Source: Minisyncoccota bacterium (GTDB taxonomy: Bacteria > Patescibacteriota > Minisyncoccia > Phycocordibacterales > UBA9973). From it: DNA of 64,000 bases. The DNA is taken from positions 5,921 to 69,920 of the forward strand of contig JAGOQI010000003.1 in assembly GCA_017991515.1 (NCBI GenBank), read 5' to 3'. Position numbers and translations under genes: made by a program. This document shows positions 62,006-64,000 of this stretch, one piece after another. How positions within the stretch are numbered: the first letter of the stretch is position 1; each line of letters opens with the position of its first letter. The notes under the pieces were generated by a model, which was given only the letters and a program-made list of their open reading frames with translations, did no database searches and was not told where the DNA came from.

Positions 62006-63250
62006 TTACACGAATGCTTTTTTTCGTCGAGCTTTGTGGAAAGTTATAGCGTATCTGTGAGCTTCGCTATTGGCCAGTAAAATAGCGTATTTATGTGTCT
62101 CTACAATGCCCTTTGGACCATTTATAGCCTTGGGTCTATGTCGTTCATCTTTAGTAACTGAGATTATGGGTATCTTTAAAGACAGAGAGTTTAAGACTTT
62201 TTTAGCAACATTTTCCTGAATAATATTTCCATCTACTACTATAGCTTGAGGGAATGACCATTCTAGATGATTAAAGCGTCTTGTTAGTATTTCTTCCAAA
62301 GCCCCAGCATCATTTGCCTTTTCGAAACCTTTTATTATAAATTTTCTATAATCATTTTTTTGACTATTTGCATTTGTCACCACAGTCATAACTCCAACCA
62401 TCTGCTTACCAGAGATGTGCGCCACATCATAAGCTTCGATACGAAACTCTTCCCCGTCTATACTTTTTATCAAATCTCTTTTTATAAGTGAAATATCTTG
62501 TATATGTTCAAGTGCAAAAACTTTTTGTTTTAACTCCCCTGCTAATTCAAACTTTTGCTGGTTGGCAGCCGTCATCATTTCTTTTTTCAAGTCTTTTAAA
62601 AGAGTTTGAAACTTGCCATTGAAAATCATTTTAAGTCTTGAGATAGTTTTCTTGTATTTTATTTGCGCCTCTTTATTACTAGTATCTGGAGAGAGTCCTA
62701 TTTGTCGATAAAAGACACTATTGTCTGACTTCGATGACGCCATATCTAAAAATGGGAAAATAGGACGGAGTAATTTCAAGGCATCTCTTATAGCACTACC
62801 ATTGGGATATGGTCCAAAAATAACATCATAAGAGATAGCTTTCGGATTTCTGAGAACTTTTACAGTCTTAGTTTTTGTATCTATGTCTTTCTGACGAACC
62901 AATAAAACCTTCGGGAAATCTTCGCGTGTTATAGCAACACAATTAAAACTCTTATCATCTTTTTCTTTTGTGTTGTAGTACGGCTTATATTTCTTTATCA
63001 AATTTGCTTCCAAAATAAGTGCTTCCAAAGCATTCATTGTCTCTTGGTAAGTTACGGTCTTTGCCTTAAAAACCATATCTACAATATGAGCTCCACGGGT
63101 CTTGATAACATCTGGAGAAAAATAACTCCGTACTCGGTCGCGCAAACTAGTAGCCTTACCAATATAAAGAATCTTGGCATTTGCATCACGCCACACATAA
63201 ACACCCGAAGTTTCAGGAAATTTTAATTTATCAAAATCTTGACGAATCAT
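62006..63250 (-). CDS. uvrC: excinuclease ABC subunit C, short form (GIY-YIG + UvrB-interaction region; C-terminal HhH region apparently absent)
   Basis: 414 aa; GIY-YIG (..SGVYVWRDANAKILYIGKATSLRDRVRSYF..); sits directly next to uvrA. Confidence 0.7.
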   Translation of the reverse strand: MIRQDFDKLKFPETSGVYVWRDANAKILYIGKATSLRDRVRSYFSPDVIKTRGAHIVDMVFKAKTVTYQETMNALEALILEANLIKKYKPYYNTKEKDDKSFNCVAITREDFPKVLLVRQKDIDTKTKTVKVLRNPKAISYDVIFGPYPNGSAIRDALKLLRPIFPFLDMASSKSDNSVFYRQIGLSPDTSNKEAQIKYKKTISRLKMIFNGKFQTLLKDLKKEMMTAANQQKFELAGELKQKVFALEHIQDISLIKRDLIKSIDGEEFRIEAYDVAHISGKQMVGVMTVVTNANSQKNDYRKFIIKGFEKANDAGALEEILTRRFNHLEWSFPQAIVVDGNIIQENVAKKVLNSLSLKIPIISVTKDERHRPKAINGPKGIVETHKYAILLANSEAHRYAITFHKARRKKAFV

Positions 63251-63254
63251 AAAG

Positions 63255-64000
63255 TTACAAAATTTTCTTCAAGTATTCTCCAGTAAATGAGTGCTTGTTA
63301 TTTGCGACTTCTTCAGGGGTTCCTTTTGCAATGATTTTACCTCCCTGCACTCCGCCTTGTGGACCAAAGTCTATAAGGTGATCTGCACATTTTATAATAT
63401 CTAAGTTGTGCTCAATAACTACAACAGTGTTACCTTTTGCAACTAAGCGATTCAAAACTCCAATCAAATTTTTAACATCATCATAGTGAAGCCCAACAGT
63501 TGGTTCGTCTAGTAGATAAATAGTCTTTTCTAAATATGGACGATAAAGTTCAGAAGCAATTTTTACTCTTTGTGCTTCCCCACCTGAGAGCGTAGTAGCG
63601 CTTTGACCAAGCTTCACATAATTTAAACCAACATCAGAGAGTGTTTTTAGTCTATCTGAAATAGCAGGTATGTCTTGGAAAAATTCTAAACCTTCTTCGA
63701 CTGACATTTGCAAAACATCATAAATACTCTTTCTCTTATATTTTACTGTTAGAGTTTCTTTATCAAATCTTTTTCCATTACAAACATCGCAAGTTACATA
63801 AACTGTCGGCAAGAAGTGCATTTCTACAGCTATTTGACCATTCCCTTCACATGCTTCACACCTGCCCCCTTTAACATTAAAAGAGAAACGATTGAGCTTC
63901 CATCCACGAAGCCGAGCTTCTTCAGTCGAAGCAAATATTTCTCGGATATGAGTAAAAGCTCCTGTGTAAGTCGCGATATTACTTCTTGGAGTTCTACCTA
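63255..64000 (-). CDS. uvrA: excinuclease ABC subunit A, C-terminal part (gene continues beyond the window edge)
   Basis: open frame to position 64000; ..[41 protein letters not shown].. (Zn finger) and C-terminal ABC signature [24 protein letters not shown]. Confidence 0.9.
   Translation of the reverse strand, partial: GRTPRSNIATYTGAFTHIREIFASTEEARLRGWKLNRFSFNVKGGRCEACEGNGQIAVEMHFLPTVYVTCDVCNGKRFDKETLTVKYKRKSIYDVLQMSVEEGLEFFQDIPAISDRLKTLSDVGLNYVKLGQSATTLSGGEAQRVKIASELYRPYLEKTIYLLDEPTVGLHYDDVKNLIGVLNRLVAKGNTVVVIEHNLDIIKCADHLIDFGPQGGVQGGKIIAKGTPEEVANNKHSFTGEYLKKIL

Noticed and set aside
1-64000. CRISPR arrays, rRNA genes, IS elements
   Set aside because: No spacer-repeat periodicity, no 16S/23S/5S-like conserved stretches and no transposase-like ORFs were seen anywhere in the window

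Overview
This 64 kb window is low-GC bacterial chromosome with compact, mostly co-directional genes and very short intergenic spacers. Its gene content suggests a Candidate Phyla Radiation / Patescibacteria (Parcubacteria-like) genome, but that is an inference. The inference rests on short housekeeping proteins, a DUF5667 anti-sigma partner, cohesin/dockerin and lamin-tail surface proteins, a lone pilin, a reduced UvrC and a short Rel. I can support roughly 70 protein-coding genes. Translation and replication core: lepA, leuS, serS, dnaX, topA, dprA, parB, miaA, dus, ychF, rlmB-like, uvrC, uvrA (partial, runs off the 3' edge), rpmG (missed by the ORF track) and a possible bL32-like gene. Envelope and division: murJ, an FtsB/DivIC-like gene, ftsQ, an O-antigen-ligase/TPR protein, DedA, a pilin, tatA-tatA-tatC, a Kef-type antiporter and a P-type ATPase. 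Regulation: two ECF sigma factors with downstream membrane partners. There are six tRNA genes (Phe-GAA, Arg-CCT, Ala-TGC, Gln-TTG, Leu-CAA, Trp-CCA) and about a dozen intrinsic-terminator hairpins. I found no rRNA, no CRISPR array, no integrase or transposase and no clear prophage. The most unusual items are: (1) a complete NUDIX hydrolase domain inserted into leucyl-tRNA synthetase between the CP1 editing domain and the second half of the catalytic core; (2) a three-gene cohesin/cohesin/dockerin cell-surface module whose dockerin partner carries a large internal tandem duplication and a poly-Gly linker; (3) a block of five uncharacterised genes directly abutting tatC-tatA-tatA on the same strand, the first of which has a near-canonical twin-arginine (KR variant) signal peptide and the second of which is a 710-aa Thr/Gly/Ser-rich protein with atypical composition; (4) an orphan soluble TraD/VirD4-like ATPase next to a lamin-tail-domain surface protein, in a window that also carries dprA and a pilin, which points to a DNA-uptake theme; (5) a tRNA-Leu(CAA) gene ending 1 nt before the start codon of miaA, its own modifying enzyme; (6) decayed tRNA-Phe 5'-half copies and hairpin repeats beside the intact tRNA-Phe. 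All functional assignments are from motifs I could read in the translations; none was checked against a database.
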